Shown: piece by piece, positions 23,804-31,916 of the stretch
Layout: every line of letters begins with the position of its first letter
Numbering within the stretch: position 1 is the stretch's first letter
Source: Candidatus Omnitrophota bacterium
GTDB lineage: Bacteria; Omnitrophota; Gorgyraeia; Gygaellales; Profunditerraquicolaceae
Direction: 5' to 3'
Assembly: GCA_026387385.1 (NCBI GenBank)
Contig: JAPLLU010000032.1
Coordinates: 1 to 31,916, forward strand
DNA length: 31,916 bases
The notes under the pieces: generated by a model
Seen by the model: only the letters and a program-made list of their open reading frames with translations
Databases searched by the model: none
Told to the model about the DNA's origin: nothing
Position numbers and translations under genes: made by a program

Positions 23804-25003
23804 ATGAGGTATCTAATAAAATCAGTAGTAATATATTTCTTAGTTTTATTTTTGATAGTCACCGCTATTTATACAAGCCTTGCGCTCAGAGGTAAAGACT
23901 TAATCATTCGTAAACTAGAGGACCTCACCAGAAAAAAGGTAAGTATCGATTACTTTTTTTTATCTCCCACCTTTCATTTGCAGCTCAAAAAAATCAATAT
24001 TGAAGGATTATTCAAAGCTGATTCTATTAATCTTGCCCCCAGCATATTAAGATTATTCTCCGGTAAGATTGCCTTTAACAGTATTAAGATGCAAAAGCCT
24101 GAGTTTATCTTAGAGAGGTTTGCGCCTGAGGCAACTGTAAACTTAACAGAGGCTGCCTCCGGTAAGAAAGTAGCCAAACCGAAACAAATATTAACATTGC
24201 CTTTTATATGTAAGCGCTTAAAGATATGGGAAGGCAGGATAGATTATATTGACCATACATTGGGCCAAGATGGATTTAAGATAATCGTTAACAAAATAAA
24301 CTTTTATTTAAACAATTTTAATATGTTTTCTCATTCCCTGGCTAGTGATTTTCAAATAACGGGAGAACTTCCCTGGCAGGAAGGTCAAGAAGTGGGTAAA
24401 ATAAAAGCCGAGGGTTGGATTAATTTCTTTAAAAAGAACATGGAGGCAAATTTAAACATTTCCGATATCGACGGGATTCATTTTTATCCTTATTATTCTA
24501 ATTGGGTAGATTTAGAAAAGGCGCGCATTGAAAAGGCAAAACTTAATTTTACAAGCGATATTTCTTCGCTGAATAATAATCTGACTGCAAATTGTCATCT
24601 GGAATTGACCGATATCGTGTTTACGCCGCGCTCGCCTGAAGAGGCCGAAGAAAAAGCAGAAAAAATTGCTACGGCTGTCCTCGATATTTTTAAATCTTTA
24701 GATGAGGGCAAGATAGTTTTGGGTTTTGTCATCAGGACAAAGATGGATAGCCCCGAATTCAGACTCGGTGATGTCAGGATGGCAGTTGAGGATAAGCTCA
24801 CCGGTAGTCGCAAATATGGATTAGGAATAGAGGATGTTTTTATGCTGCCGACAAAAGTCTTAGAAGGAATGTTTAAAGGCGCCACAGGTATGTCCAAGGC
24901 ATTTATCGGAGGTACCTTCGCCATAGGTAAGGAAATCAAAGATTCAGTGCAGGGAGCTTTTAAGAAAGAAGGCAATGTAGCTACGCAAGAGCAAAAAGAA
25001 TGA
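23804..25003 (+). CDS. Membrane-anchored hypothetical protein (N-terminal TM, mostly beta-rich soluble part); possibly AsmA/DUF748-like
   Basis: N-terminal TM IKSVVIYFLVLFLIVTAIYT. No catalytic motifs recognised. Family assignment is a guess. Confidence 0.45.
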   Translation: MRYLIKSVVIYFLVLFLIVTAIYTSLALRGKDLIIRKLEDLTRKKVSIDYFFLSPTFHLQLKKINIEGLFKADSINLAPSILRLFSGKIAFNSIKMQKPEFILERFAPEATVNLTEAASGKKVAKPKQILTLPFICKRLKIWEGRIDYIDHTLGQDGFKIIVNKINFYLNNFNMFSHSLASDFQITGELPWQEGQEVGKIKAEGWINFFKKNMEANLNISDIDGIHFYPYYSNWVDLEKARIEKAKLNFTSDISSLNNNLTANCHLELTDIVFTPRSPEEAEEKAEKIATAVLDIFKSLDEGKIVLGFVIRTKMDSPEFRLGDVRMAVEDKLTGSRKYGLGIEDVFMLPTKVLEGMFKGATGMSKAFIGGTFAIGKEIKDSVQGAFKKEGNVATQEQKE

Positions 25004-25016
25004 AAGGAGAGGCGTT

Positions 25017-25478
25017 ATGAAAAAAATTACCAGTGTTTTTATTACGGCCTTTGTATTCCTGTTTAGTTTTGTGAACACACTTTTTTCTGCCACAACAAGC
25101 GAGGACACAAATGAAAATCTTCGTATTAACCGTAAAAGGAAATTCCCTGCCGGGCTTGAGAATTTGAATAAGAACGTAACAATGGAAGTGGGGAAAATAG
25201 AGAGCCTGGAATATAAATTAGAGGACTTAAGCAAATATAAGAATTTGGATAAAAACTTAACGGTAGAAGCAGGGAAGTTTGAAGACCTTACGCATAAAGA
25301 AAATAACCTGGAAAAATTTGAGAATTTGGATAAAAACTTAACGGTAGAACAAGGAAAGATAGACGAACTCCAGGTCAAACTAGAAGACTTAGGAAAAATC
25401 GAGGATTTAGGAAAAAATACTACAACAGTTGATGTAGGCTTGAATTTTAAGTTAAATAATTTAGAAAACAAACGCTAA
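25017..25478 (+). CDS. Secreted acidic repeat protein (27-aa repeats NLDKNLTVE.GK...L)
   Basis: Signal peptide MKKITSVFITAFVFLFSFVNTLFSA and SD AAAGGAGAGG. The DNA carries an 81-nt direct repeat at 25241-25290 and 25322-25370. The opposite-strand ORF 24944-25471 is low-complexity and rejected. Confidence 0.65.
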   Translation: MKKITSVFITAFVFLFSFVNTLFSATTSEDTNENLRINRKRKFPAGLENLNKNVTMEVGKIESLEYKLEDLSKYKNLDKNLTVEAGKFEDLTHKENNLEKFENLDKNLTVEQGKIDELQVKLEDLGKIEDLGKNTTTVDVGLNFKLNNLENKR

Positions 25479-25482
25479 AAAA

Positions 25483-26157
25483 CTAACTAAACCAGATCTC
25501 TTTCAAAATATCGCGGTTTACAATCTTACCTAAAAAAGAGAGCTCTTCCTGTAATCCCTGATAAGCAGGTGTGTTTTTGTCTTTGCTACAAGGGAAATGC
25601 ATACTGCTTATTTTTTCCGGCAGCGTAAGACGCCCCTTATCGATACTCAAGGGATACTTCCAGCAATTAAAAGGTTTATAATACCATTTGTGCAATCCTT
25701 CCCGTTTGGCCAAAAGCTGCAAGCTGCAGGAACCGTCATGCATGGCAAATACGCAGGTGCGGGTGAATCTTGAGAAAAACCTGAAATCCAGCGGTCCCAA
25801 CTCGTTTTTTTTATTAATTAAATTATAAATAATTTTATTTAGCTCTCGGAAACTTCTTTTTCTCTTTGCCAGGCGCCTTCTTTTGTTCCTTGAATCAATT
25901 CTTATTACTGCTCCCCGAATATTTTTTCCCATTTTTCTAAAAACATCGGCCCTATCCTTTACTAATCTGCTTAATACCTCTGCTTCTTCCTGCGTCACGG
26001 CCACGGGGAGGCTGCAACAAGCGCCAAGACAATTTTTCGAGAGAAAGGAGCAGACAGGAACGTGTTCTTTCCTGAAACGCTCTGCATCAATGTGTCTGAT
26101 TAAGTCCTTAAGGTTTGCTTCGGTAGAAGAGAATGCGGTAAAGGTTTGTTGCGGCAT
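25483..26157 (-). CDS. Cysteine-rich hypothetical protein (possible CxxCxxCC-type, YkgJ-like metal-binding domain)
   Basis: VCSFLSKNCLGACC cluster plus later Cys residues (CVFAMHDGSC, NCWKYPL). The family call is weak. Confidence 0.5.
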   Translation of the reverse strand: MPQQTFTAFSSTEANLKDLIRHIDAERFRKEHVPVCSFLSKNCLGACCSLPVAVTQEEAEVLSRLVKDRADVFRKMGKNIRGAVIRIDSRNKRRRLAKRKRSFRELNKIIYNLINKKNELGPLDFRFFSRFTRTCVFAMHDGSCSLQLLAKREGLHKWYYKPFNCWKYPLSIDKGRLTLPEKISSMHFPCSKDKNTPAYQGLQEELSFLGKIVNRDILKEIWFS

Positions 26158-26208
26158 TCTTTTTATAAGTGCTTAAGTTTAGGTCGGTGAAACTTTGCGC
26201 CTTGCGGA

Positions 26209-26739
26209 TTACTTAATATTATTTATCAATTCTTTTGCCCTGTCCAGGGTACTAGCCGCCTTTTCTTTAAACTGTTCTTTGAACTTTTCTTTATAATTCG
26301 CCAATTCAACAGAGGCCTTTTCTTTAAACTGTGCCATTTGATTTTGCATTTTCTCTTTAGCTGCGGCAATCAGTTTGTCGGCTTTAATCGCGGCTTCTTC
26401 CTTAAGCTTAGCTGCCTTTGCCTCAGCAGATGCGACCTCCTGTGCTGCCTTTTCCTGCAGGTTCTTTAAGTCTGACTGGAATTTTTCTTTGTAGGTCTTC
26501 ATCTCCGGATTTTCTTCTTGAGTTACCCTATTAATCTCGCGTTCCTGCAAAATTATTTCTTTTTCTTCTTTGGATTTACCGAAGGTAGCAAACCAGTCCC
26601 CAATTTTTTCTAAGACCGGCGTCTTGGCAGTCTCAGTTGAGGATTCCTCGGCAGATGTCGGGTCAGCCGCAAAGATGAAGACAGGGTTTATAAAGACGAT
26701 AGAAAAGAAGAGTACTAAAATTGCCGCTAATTTCTTCAT
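26209..26739 (-). CDS. Secreted Lys/Glu/Ala-rich coiled-coil protein
   Basis: A signal peptide (MKKLAAILVLFFSIVFINPVFIFA), then amphipathic heptad-like repeats (KEKFKEQFKEKAAS...). Confidence 0.6.
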   Translation of the reverse strand: MKKLAAILVLFFSIVFINPVFIFAADPTSAEESSTETAKTPVLEKIGDWFATFGKSKEEKEIILQEREINRVTQEENPEMKTYKEKFQSDLKNLQEKAAQEVASAEAKAAKLKEEAAIKADKLIAAAKEKMQNQMAQFKEKASVELANYKEKFKEQFKEKAASTLDRAKELINNIK

Positions 26740-26772
26740 TTATTTATCCTTTTTAGATATGAAGGGAGTGAT

Positions 26773-26811
26773 AAAAAAGGCAACTTTTTTAAAAAGAGTT
26801 GCCTTTTTTTT
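26773..26811. terminator. Bidirectional rho-independent terminator downstream of macB
   Basis: AAAAAA-GGCAACT-...-AGTTGCC-TTTTTTTT: a 7-bp GC-containing stem flanked by an A-run and a T-run. Confidence 0.65.
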
Positions 26812-26932
26812 ACTGGTATTCTTTTATTTTCATAAGTCATCATCATTAATTGATTTATTATACCACTGCCGTACAAAAATCAAAAGATATTCTTTGCCTT
26901 GAATACGCGGTTTTAGTTTTCCAGGAAGGCGA

Positions 26933-28900
26933 TTATTCATATCTTAGGGCTTCGATTGGGTCAAGATAGGAGGCCTGGCGCGCCGGCCATAAGCCAAAAA
27001 CAACACCCACGATTGCGGAGAAAGAAGTAGCCAGGACTATAGAGGAGGAAGAGATTTTTACGGACCAGCCTGCAAAGACCGTAATTAATACCGCAATGCC
27101 GCTGCCGATAAGAATTCCTAAGGCCCCTCCGATAAAAGCCATCAATATTGCCTCAACCAAAAACTGAAACATAATATCTTTATTAGTCGCTCCGATGGCC
27201 TTACGTAAACCTATTTCCCTGGTTCTTTCAGTGACGGAGACGAGCATGATATTCATGATACCGATACCGCCTACCAAAAGAGAAATCGCGGCAATTGCGC
27301 CTAATAACATAGACATGGTCTTAGTGGTAGACTCGATGGTCTCTTTTATATCTGCCATGTTGCGGATCTCAAATGCATTTTCCTCTTTATCCTTTTTTAT
27401 GCGGTGCTTATTGATAATCAATTGCGATATGGCGTCCTGCGCCTCGGGCATGAGTTTTAAATCTTTTACTTCTACGTAGATGGTGTCCACGTATTCTTTC
27501 CCTAACAGCCTAAACATTGCAGTAGTGACAGGTATGATAATGGTATCGTCTTCGTCGTGAAAGGAATTTGCTCCTTTTGAACGCAAAACGCCGACCACCT
27601 TAAAATTGATTAAATTTATTTTTATTGTTTCGCCCACGGGATTTGCCTCACCGAAAAGTTCTCGGGCAACTGTGGGCCCTAAAAGCACTACTTTTTCCCG
27701 CATTTTCAATTCTTCTTCGTTGAAAAAACGTCCTACTTCGGGAGCAGCATTGCGCATCTTCTCGTACTCAACGCCTACGCCCTCAACCGAGGTGCTCCAG
27801 TTGTTATTTCCGTAGACTAACTGCACCCTGCCTCTTACAGAAGGGCTTACGCTGTTTAACAAGTCACTTAGTCTTGAGATTGCCGCAACATCGCTAAAGG
27901 TAAATCTGGTTACTGAGTCTGCTCCCATTGATACGCCGTGTAATCTCGCAGAACCCGGCCTTATTACTAAGAGATTTGAACCCAAAGAGGCAAGCTGTTT
28001 TTCGATGGATTCTTTGGCGCCTTGGCCTAACGCCAGCATGGCTATAACTGCGGCAACCCCGATTAAGATTCCCAATATGGAGAGAAAGGAGCGCATCTTA
28101 TGAGAGATAAGGGCAAATAATGCCTGGCGGGTGAAGTCACCGAATTCCGCCCTGCCGACTTTATGGTGTGCGGAGACGATTTGGCAGACTTCTTCGGTAT
28201 ACTGAGCATCCTCAGCAATCGGTTTTATAGTGTTTTGTTTATCAGAGATGATCTGTCCGTCGCGCATCACGATAATGCGTTTGGCATACGCAGCCACATC
28301 ATTCTCATGGGTCACGACGGCTATAGTTTTTCCGCGTTGATTAAGTTGCTTTAATAAAGTAAGAATTTCTTCCTTACTTTTTGAATCCAGGTTCCCCGTT
28401 GGCTCATCAGCCAGGATGATCAGCGGGTCATTCACCAGCGCGCGGGCTATTGCTACGCGCTGCTGTTGGCCTCCGGAAAGCTCATTCGGCCGGTGCGTCA
28501 TTCGGTCTTCCAGGCCGACTTCGCAGATTTTTTCTTTTGCTTTTTCTCTGGACCTCTGTTTATTGCCGGAATAAATCAGCGGTAGGCCGGCATTTTCCAG
28601 CGCGTTCATGCGCGCCAGCAGATGGAATTGCTGGAAGATAAAACCGACTATGCGGTTACGCAATGCTGCCTTCTGCTCATCATTTAATTCGTGCATCTTG
28701 CGACCACATAAATAGTATTCTCCCTGATTAGGTTTATCCAAGAGGCCAATAATATGCATGAGGGTAGATTTACCGGAACCCGAAGGCCCCATGATGGCCA
28801 CGAATTCACCCAGCGTGATAGTAAGAGAGACCCCTTGCAGGGCCTTTACCTGGATCTTGCCCATCTGGTAAGTTTTATGAATATTTTTTAGTTCTATCAT
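26933..28900 (-). CDS. macB: MacB-type ABC transporter (N-terminal ATPase fused to a periplasmic domain and FtsX-like permease)
   Basis: Walker [10 protein letters not shown], signature [15 protein letters not shown], Walker [12 protein letters not shown], and a C-terminal 4-TM FtsX-like permease. At 655 aa. Confidence 0.9.
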   Translation of the reverse strand: MIELKNIHKTYQMGKIQVKALQGVSLTITLGEFVAIMGPSGSGKSTLMHIIGLLDKPNQGEYYLCGRKMHELNDEQKAALRNRIVGFIFQQFHLLARMNALENAGLPLIYSGNKQRSREKAKEKICEVGLEDRMTHRPNELSGGQQQRVAIARALVNDPLIILADEPTGNLDSKSKEEILTLLKQLNQRGKTIAVVTHENDVAAYAKRIIVMRDGQIISDKQNTIKPIAEDAQYTEEVCQIVSAHHKVGRAEFGDFTRQALFALISHKMRSFLSILGILIGVAAVIAMLALGQGAKESIEKQLASLGSNLLVIRPGSARLHGVSMGADSVTRFTFSDVAAISRLSDLLNSVSPSVRGRVQLVYGNNNWSTSVEGVGVEYEKMRNAAPEVGRFFNEEELKMREKVVLLGPTVARELFGEANPVGETIKINLINFKVVGVLRSKGANSFHDEDDTIIIPVTTAMFRLLGKEYVDTIYVEVKDLKLMPEAQDAISQLIINKHRIKKDKEENAFEIRNMADIKETIESTTKTMSMLLGAIAAISLLVGGIGIMNIMLVSVTERTREIGLRKAIGATNKDIMFQFLVEAILMAFIGGALGILIGSGIAVLITVFAGWSVKISSSSIVLATSFSAIVGVVFGLWPARQASYLDPIEALRYE

Positions 28901-29850
28901 CTTCTTCCTGGCATAAAAGGATTTGTTCCGGTATCAGTTGTCGGTATGGAATACCTTTTAGATCTTACGATAACAGTATCGGTATCCTTAATTCCGGATA
29001 AAATTTCTACATTTTTTTCGTCAGAGATTCCCAGTTTCACTTCACACCTGAGGGGTTCCTTACCGTTATTTTGTTTGACTAGTACGTATGCTTTTGTCTT
29101 TTCTTCTTTTTTGACGGCTTCCTGCGGAAGCAAAAGCACGTTGTCTTGACTTTCTTCAATAAAATCTATAGACGCATTCATGCCGGAGCGGAAGAAAAGA
29201 GGAATCTCTTCAGGGATTACATCTACTTCATAGATGGTGACATTATTCACTGTTTTCGATTCATAATAAATATGTTCCACCATTCCTTTAATTTTTGTAT
29301 CAGAATAAGCATCTAGCGAAATGATAGCTTGTTGGCCCTGTTTTATCTTGCCGATATCAGTTTCATCTACCTGGGCCCGGGCAATAAGATGGTCAGATAG
29401 GACGATTACCGCATCGCTAGCGGTGATAGTCTGGCCCGGCTGGGTTGTAGCTACAATTACTTCTGCGTCAATAGGCGCAACCAGAGGAATGGGCTTGTAG
29501 GTATCCTGCCAGTATTTGAGTGTTTCTTCTCCTTTTCCGCGTGCAGCATCAATTAGTGCTGCTCTTTCAGTAGAACTCATCCAGGCAATAATATCGCCGG
29601 TTTTTACCTTTTGGCCTTCCTGGACAAGAATTTCTTCCACTCGGCCATTTACCGGAGGTTTTATTTCTAAGCGGTTTTTAGGTAAGACCGTGGCAGTAGT
29701 TGAGATTATAGATTGGATCAGTCCTCTTTTGGGAGTGATCTCTTTTACCTCTTCCTGAGAAGGTTTCTTTTGTGCCAGACGCAAGACAAAAAATAAAAGC
29801 AGAATTATGCCTGATAAAACCAATATGATTTTGATTTTTTTATTCCACAT
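28897..29850 (-). CDS. macA: Periplasmic adaptor / membrane-fusion protein (MacA/HlyD family)
   Basis: An N-terminal TM anchor plus biotinyl-lipoyl-like and beta-barrel segments. It overlaps macB by 4 nt. Confidence 0.85.
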   Translation of the reverse strand: MWNKKIKIILVLSGIILLLFFVLRLAQKKPSQEEVKEITPKRGLIQSIISTTATVLPKNRLEIKPPVNGRVEEILVQEGQKVKTGDIIAWMSSTERAALIDAARGKGEETLKYWQDTYKPIPLVAPIDAEVIVATTQPGQTITASDAVIVLSDHLIARAQVDETDIGKIKQGQQAIISLDAYSDTKIKGMVEHIYYESKTVNNVTIYEVDVIPEEIPLFFRSGMNASIDFIEESQDNVLLLPQEAVKKEEKTKAYVLVKQNNGKEPLRCEVKLGISDEKNVEILSGIKDTDTVIVRSKRYSIPTTDTGTNPFMPGRR

Positions 29851-31105
29851 ATTCTAATGTCGCTCCTTTCGCCTGGATCCAATTCGCCTCGGCAAGCAGT
29901 ACATTAGCCTCAGCATCCAGCAGGCTCTTTTTGTTTCTTACCAGATCATCCTCAATAATCGTCCAGTTATCAAATTGAATCAGGCCCAAAGAATATTGCG
30001 CTTCGGAGATCTTTGAGCGTTCTTCAGCTGCATCTAAAAATTTCTTTTGCACATCCGCTGTCTCAACACTATCCTCCAATGCAGCCCAGGTATCTTCCAG
30101 ATTAAGAACAACGCTATCTTTAGTGCTTCTTTCAATGGCTTGAAACTGTCTGAATAAAGATTCTGCTTGTTTAACCTGGGCGGTTTTAAGTCCGCCTTCA
30201 AAAATCGGCCAGGACAAAGAAAGGCCGGCATCCCAGCGGCTAATACTCGGAGGAAAGTGTTCATCCGTCCTACTGGTTCCGAATTGCCCGGAAATCTGCG
30301 GGAAGAATTCCGCATATGCGGATTTGATTCCGTAACGGGCTGCGTTTTTCTGAAAAATAAGTTGTTTGACTGAAGAGCTATTTTTAGCGATAAGACCAAA
30401 ATCCGGTTTTTCTTCCCTTTTGACGACAAAATTTCCTTCTACGCTAAAGGGCTCAAAGGTGGCAAGGCCCATTTCCTTGGCCAGCTGCACCTGACTCACC
30501 TCAAGATTTCTTTTTGCTTTATCTATCTCCAGTTTGGCCTGGGCAACGTTTGCTTCGGCTGTCAGGAGTGCACCTTTATGCTCTAAGCCGGATTCGTAGC
30601 GTAGCGAAATCAATATCAGATTATTCCTTCTGATCTTCAAAATATCCTCTGCTACTTTCAGCATTTGCTGGGCCCTGAGTAGATTTATGAATGCGGTCCT
30701 TAGGCGTAGGCGTATTTCAGAAGAGGTAAAGCGATAGGCCTCTCGGGTGGCTTTTATACTTTCTGATGCTGCCTGAATTTGATCTGTGGTCTTAAAACCG
30801 TCAAAGATAAGCTGGGAAGCACTCGCCCCATAGTCGTATGATTTAGTGGAAGAGCTTTGCGTGCTGGATTTTTCAGTAGATACCCCGGCACTTACGGATA
30901 CCTGAGGCAGGAGGCTGCTTTTTGTAATTTCCTTGCTCGCTACTGATTGATTGATTTCTTCCTGCGCAGAGATTAAATCCGGATGGTTTTTTAGCGCCTG
31001 GCGGATACAGTCCTTCCAGGTAAGTACCTCTTCAGCCCTTACCTTAGGAGCCGGGATAGAAGAGAGGATTATTATAAAAATAAAGACCTTTAGAATTTTT
31101 TGCAT
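29840..31105 (-). CDS. tolC: TolC-family outer-membrane efflux channel
   Basis: Signal peptide, two-fold repeat of coiled-coil/beta segments (LTWKDCIRQALKNHPDL..., ...NWIQAKGATLEY) and a length of 421 aa. It overlaps macA by 11 nt. Confidence 0.85.
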   Translation of the reverse strand: MQKILKVFIFIIILSSIPAPKVRAEEVLTWKDCIRQALKNHPDLISAQEEINQSVASKEITKSSLLPQVSVSAGVSTEKSSTQSSSTKSYDYGASASQLIFDGFKTTDQIQAASESIKATREAYRFTSSEIRLRLRTAFINLLRAQQMLKVAEDILKIRRNNLILISLRYESGLEHKGALLTAEANVAQAKLEIDKAKRNLEVSQVQLAKEMGLATFEPFSVEGNFVVKREEKPDFGLIAKNSSSVKQLIFQKNAARYGIKSAYAEFFPQISGQFGTSRTDEHFPPSISRWDAGLSLSWPIFEGGLKTAQVKQAESLFRQFQAIERSTKDSVVLNLEDTWAALEDSVETADVQKKFLDAAEERSKISEAQYSLGLIQFDNWTIIEDDLVRNKKSLLDAEANVLLAEANWIQAKGATLEYVE

Positions 31106-31110
31106 TCTAT

Positions 31111-31353
31111 TTAGTCTTTTTTTGGAATTTTATTTTCTAAACGTGAAATGATGCGCGCTGCCTTTTCCAGGAATTTGCTGAAATCACTGGACGGAATAAG
31201 GATGATCGCCTTTTTCTCAGGTTTACCAAATACCATAAGTTGGTCGCCTGATTTTATGTTCAGTGATTTGCGCAATTCCGCCGGAATAACCAGTTGGCCT
31301 CTTTCTCCGACTGTCGCCGCGCCATAGGTCTTACCCCCGAAAAACGGTTGCAT
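31111..31353 (-). CDS. AbrB/SpoVT/MazE-fold DNA-binding protein (swapped-hairpin)
   Basis: ERGQLVIPAELRKSLNIKSGDQLMV is the classic AbrB N-domain motif. At 80 aa it is the first gene of the tolC-macA-macB operon. Confidence 0.8.
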   Translation of the reverse strand: MQPFFGGKTYGAATVGERGQLVIPAELRKSLNIKSGDQLMVFGKPEKKAIILIPSSDFSKFLEKAARIISRLENKIPKKD

Positions 31354-31372
31354 AATGACCTCCTTGTATATG

Positions 31373-31416
31373 AAATATATGAATAGTATGATATATCATA
31401 TTCATATATTTGTCAA
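31373..31416 (-). promoter_or_regulatory. Promoter with a nested palindromic operator for the abrB-like/efflux operon
   Basis: Read on the minus strand: TTGACA (plus-strand coordinates 31411-31416), a 17-nt spacer, then TATCAT. The 12-bp arms AAATATATGAAT / ATTCATATATTT (31373-31384 and 31400-31411) flank the inner palindrome TGATATATCA and overlap the spacer and -10. Confidence 0.6.
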
Positions 31417-31454
31417 GGAAATAATCGATAGGCAAGAGAAAACTATAATAGTCC

Positions 31455-31528
31455 GGAGTTTTGAGTTTGGAGTTTTGAGTTTTAACTCATAACTCAAACC
31501 TCCTAACTCCTAACTAAAAAACTGTTAG
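31455..31528. repeat. Tandem 14-mer (GGAGTTTTGAGTTT x2), then its imperfect inverse (AACTCATAACTCAAACCTCCTAACTCC), then CTCCTAACTAAAAAACTGTTAG
   Basis: The region can fold into an imperfect hairpin of about 27 bp. It also contains two CTCCTAACT units. Confidence 0.6.
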
Positions 31529-31570
31529 ATTACTCCACTTTTCTTACTATTAACCCTCTAAAAAACAGAA

Positions 31571-31598
31571 AAGGCGTCGAGTTTACAACTGACGCCTT
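31571..31598. terminator. Bidirectional terminator-like hairpin
   Basis: AAAAACAGAAA-AGGCGTC-GAGTTTACAACT-GACGCCT-TTTCT. Confidence 0.55.
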
Positions 31599-31725
31599 TT
31601 CTGTGACTCTACAACCTGATTCAACAGCTTGTGTTGTCTACAATGTAAGTATACACCATTTTAACGACTTTGCAAGGCTTATTTACCTTCTGCATCCTGA
31701 GACCTGCATCTCGAAGCCCTTAATA

Positions 31726-31761
31726 CTCCTAACTCAAAGCTCCTAACTAAAAACCGTTAGA
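31726..31761. repeat. Second copy of the CTCCTAACT...CTCCTAACTAAAAAC(C/T)GTTAGA element (direct repeat of 31498-31530)
   Basis: CTCCTAACTCAAAGCTCCTAACTAAAAACCGTTAGAG versus CCTCCTAACTCCTAACTAAAAAACTGTTAGAT. The two copies lie 228 nt apart and flank the terminator. Confidence 0.6.
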
Positions 31762-31916
31762 GCTTTCGCTACTTTTTAAGTCAGCAACCTTAAATTATCT
31801 AAAGAAGCCAAATAGTAAAGTAATCACACCATAAATTAAATTCTGCATAAGGCCTATCACGGGATTTAATAAACCGGTAAAGAGTAGGAAAATCAAGATG
31901 AAAAACCCGTAAGGCT

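Noticed and set aside
24944-25471. 175-aa minus-strand ORF opposite the repeat protein
   Set aside because: Low-complexity Phe/Ser/Lys-rich translation with no RBS. The plus-strand ORF has a signal peptide, an SD and a coherent repeat architecture.
1-31916. CRISPR arrays, IS elements, transposases or integrases, rRNA
   Set aside because: None found. The only regular repeats are the 50-nt tRNA-associated units and the short promoter and terminal repeats described above.

Overview
This 31.9 kb window comes from a low-GC bacterium with a Gram-negative-type envelope (it encodes a TolC-type outer-membrane channel and a TonB-dependent receptor). It reads as a regulatory and accessory island rather than core metabolism.

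From start to end it contains:
- the 3' end of a GGDEF protein, a small GIY-YIG protein, tRNA-Pro(TGG) and tRNA-Arg(TCT);
- a TPP riboswitch controlling a Thi4-type thiazole synthase;
- a truncated sigma-70-like protein, a sigma54-dependent NtrC-family activator and a translationally coupled TonB-dependent receptor;
- a tightly packed co-directional operon (6764-14214) that I read as a candidate uncharacterised RiPP system, described below;
- a dense signalling island: a MerR-like regulator, a PAS/GAF histidine kinase, a CheY-like protein, a multi-TM histidine kinase, an ECF sigma factor with a zinc-finger (ZAS-type) anti-sigma, a tandem-receiver protein and another CheY-like protein;
- an SPFH/stomatin-like protein, a Gly-rich zinc-ribbon mini-protein, a membrane protein and a secreted repeat protein;
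- on the minus strand, an AbrB-like regulator heading a tolC-macA-macB efflux operon with a nested palindromic operator.

The candidate RiPP operon sits behind a textbook sigma54 -24/-12 promoter with upstream TGTGCACA-type enhancer repeats. It runs orphan family-5 peptide-binding SBP, an unannotated 31-aa Cys/Pro-rich ORF (8373-8468) with a perfect Shine-Dalgarno, an attenuator hairpin, a radical-SAM/SPASM enzyme, an ABC exporter, a histidine kinase and a LuxR-type response regulator.

Other sequence features worth noting:
- an exact 50-nt-period tandem hairpin repeat that copies the 5' end of tRNA-Pro;
- a promoter/leader module of about 110 nt present in two clear copies plus a diverged third;
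- a recurring CCTCTCTAATT motif;
- inverted and direct CTCCTAACT repeats at the right edge.

No CRISPR array, rRNA or obvious transposase is present.
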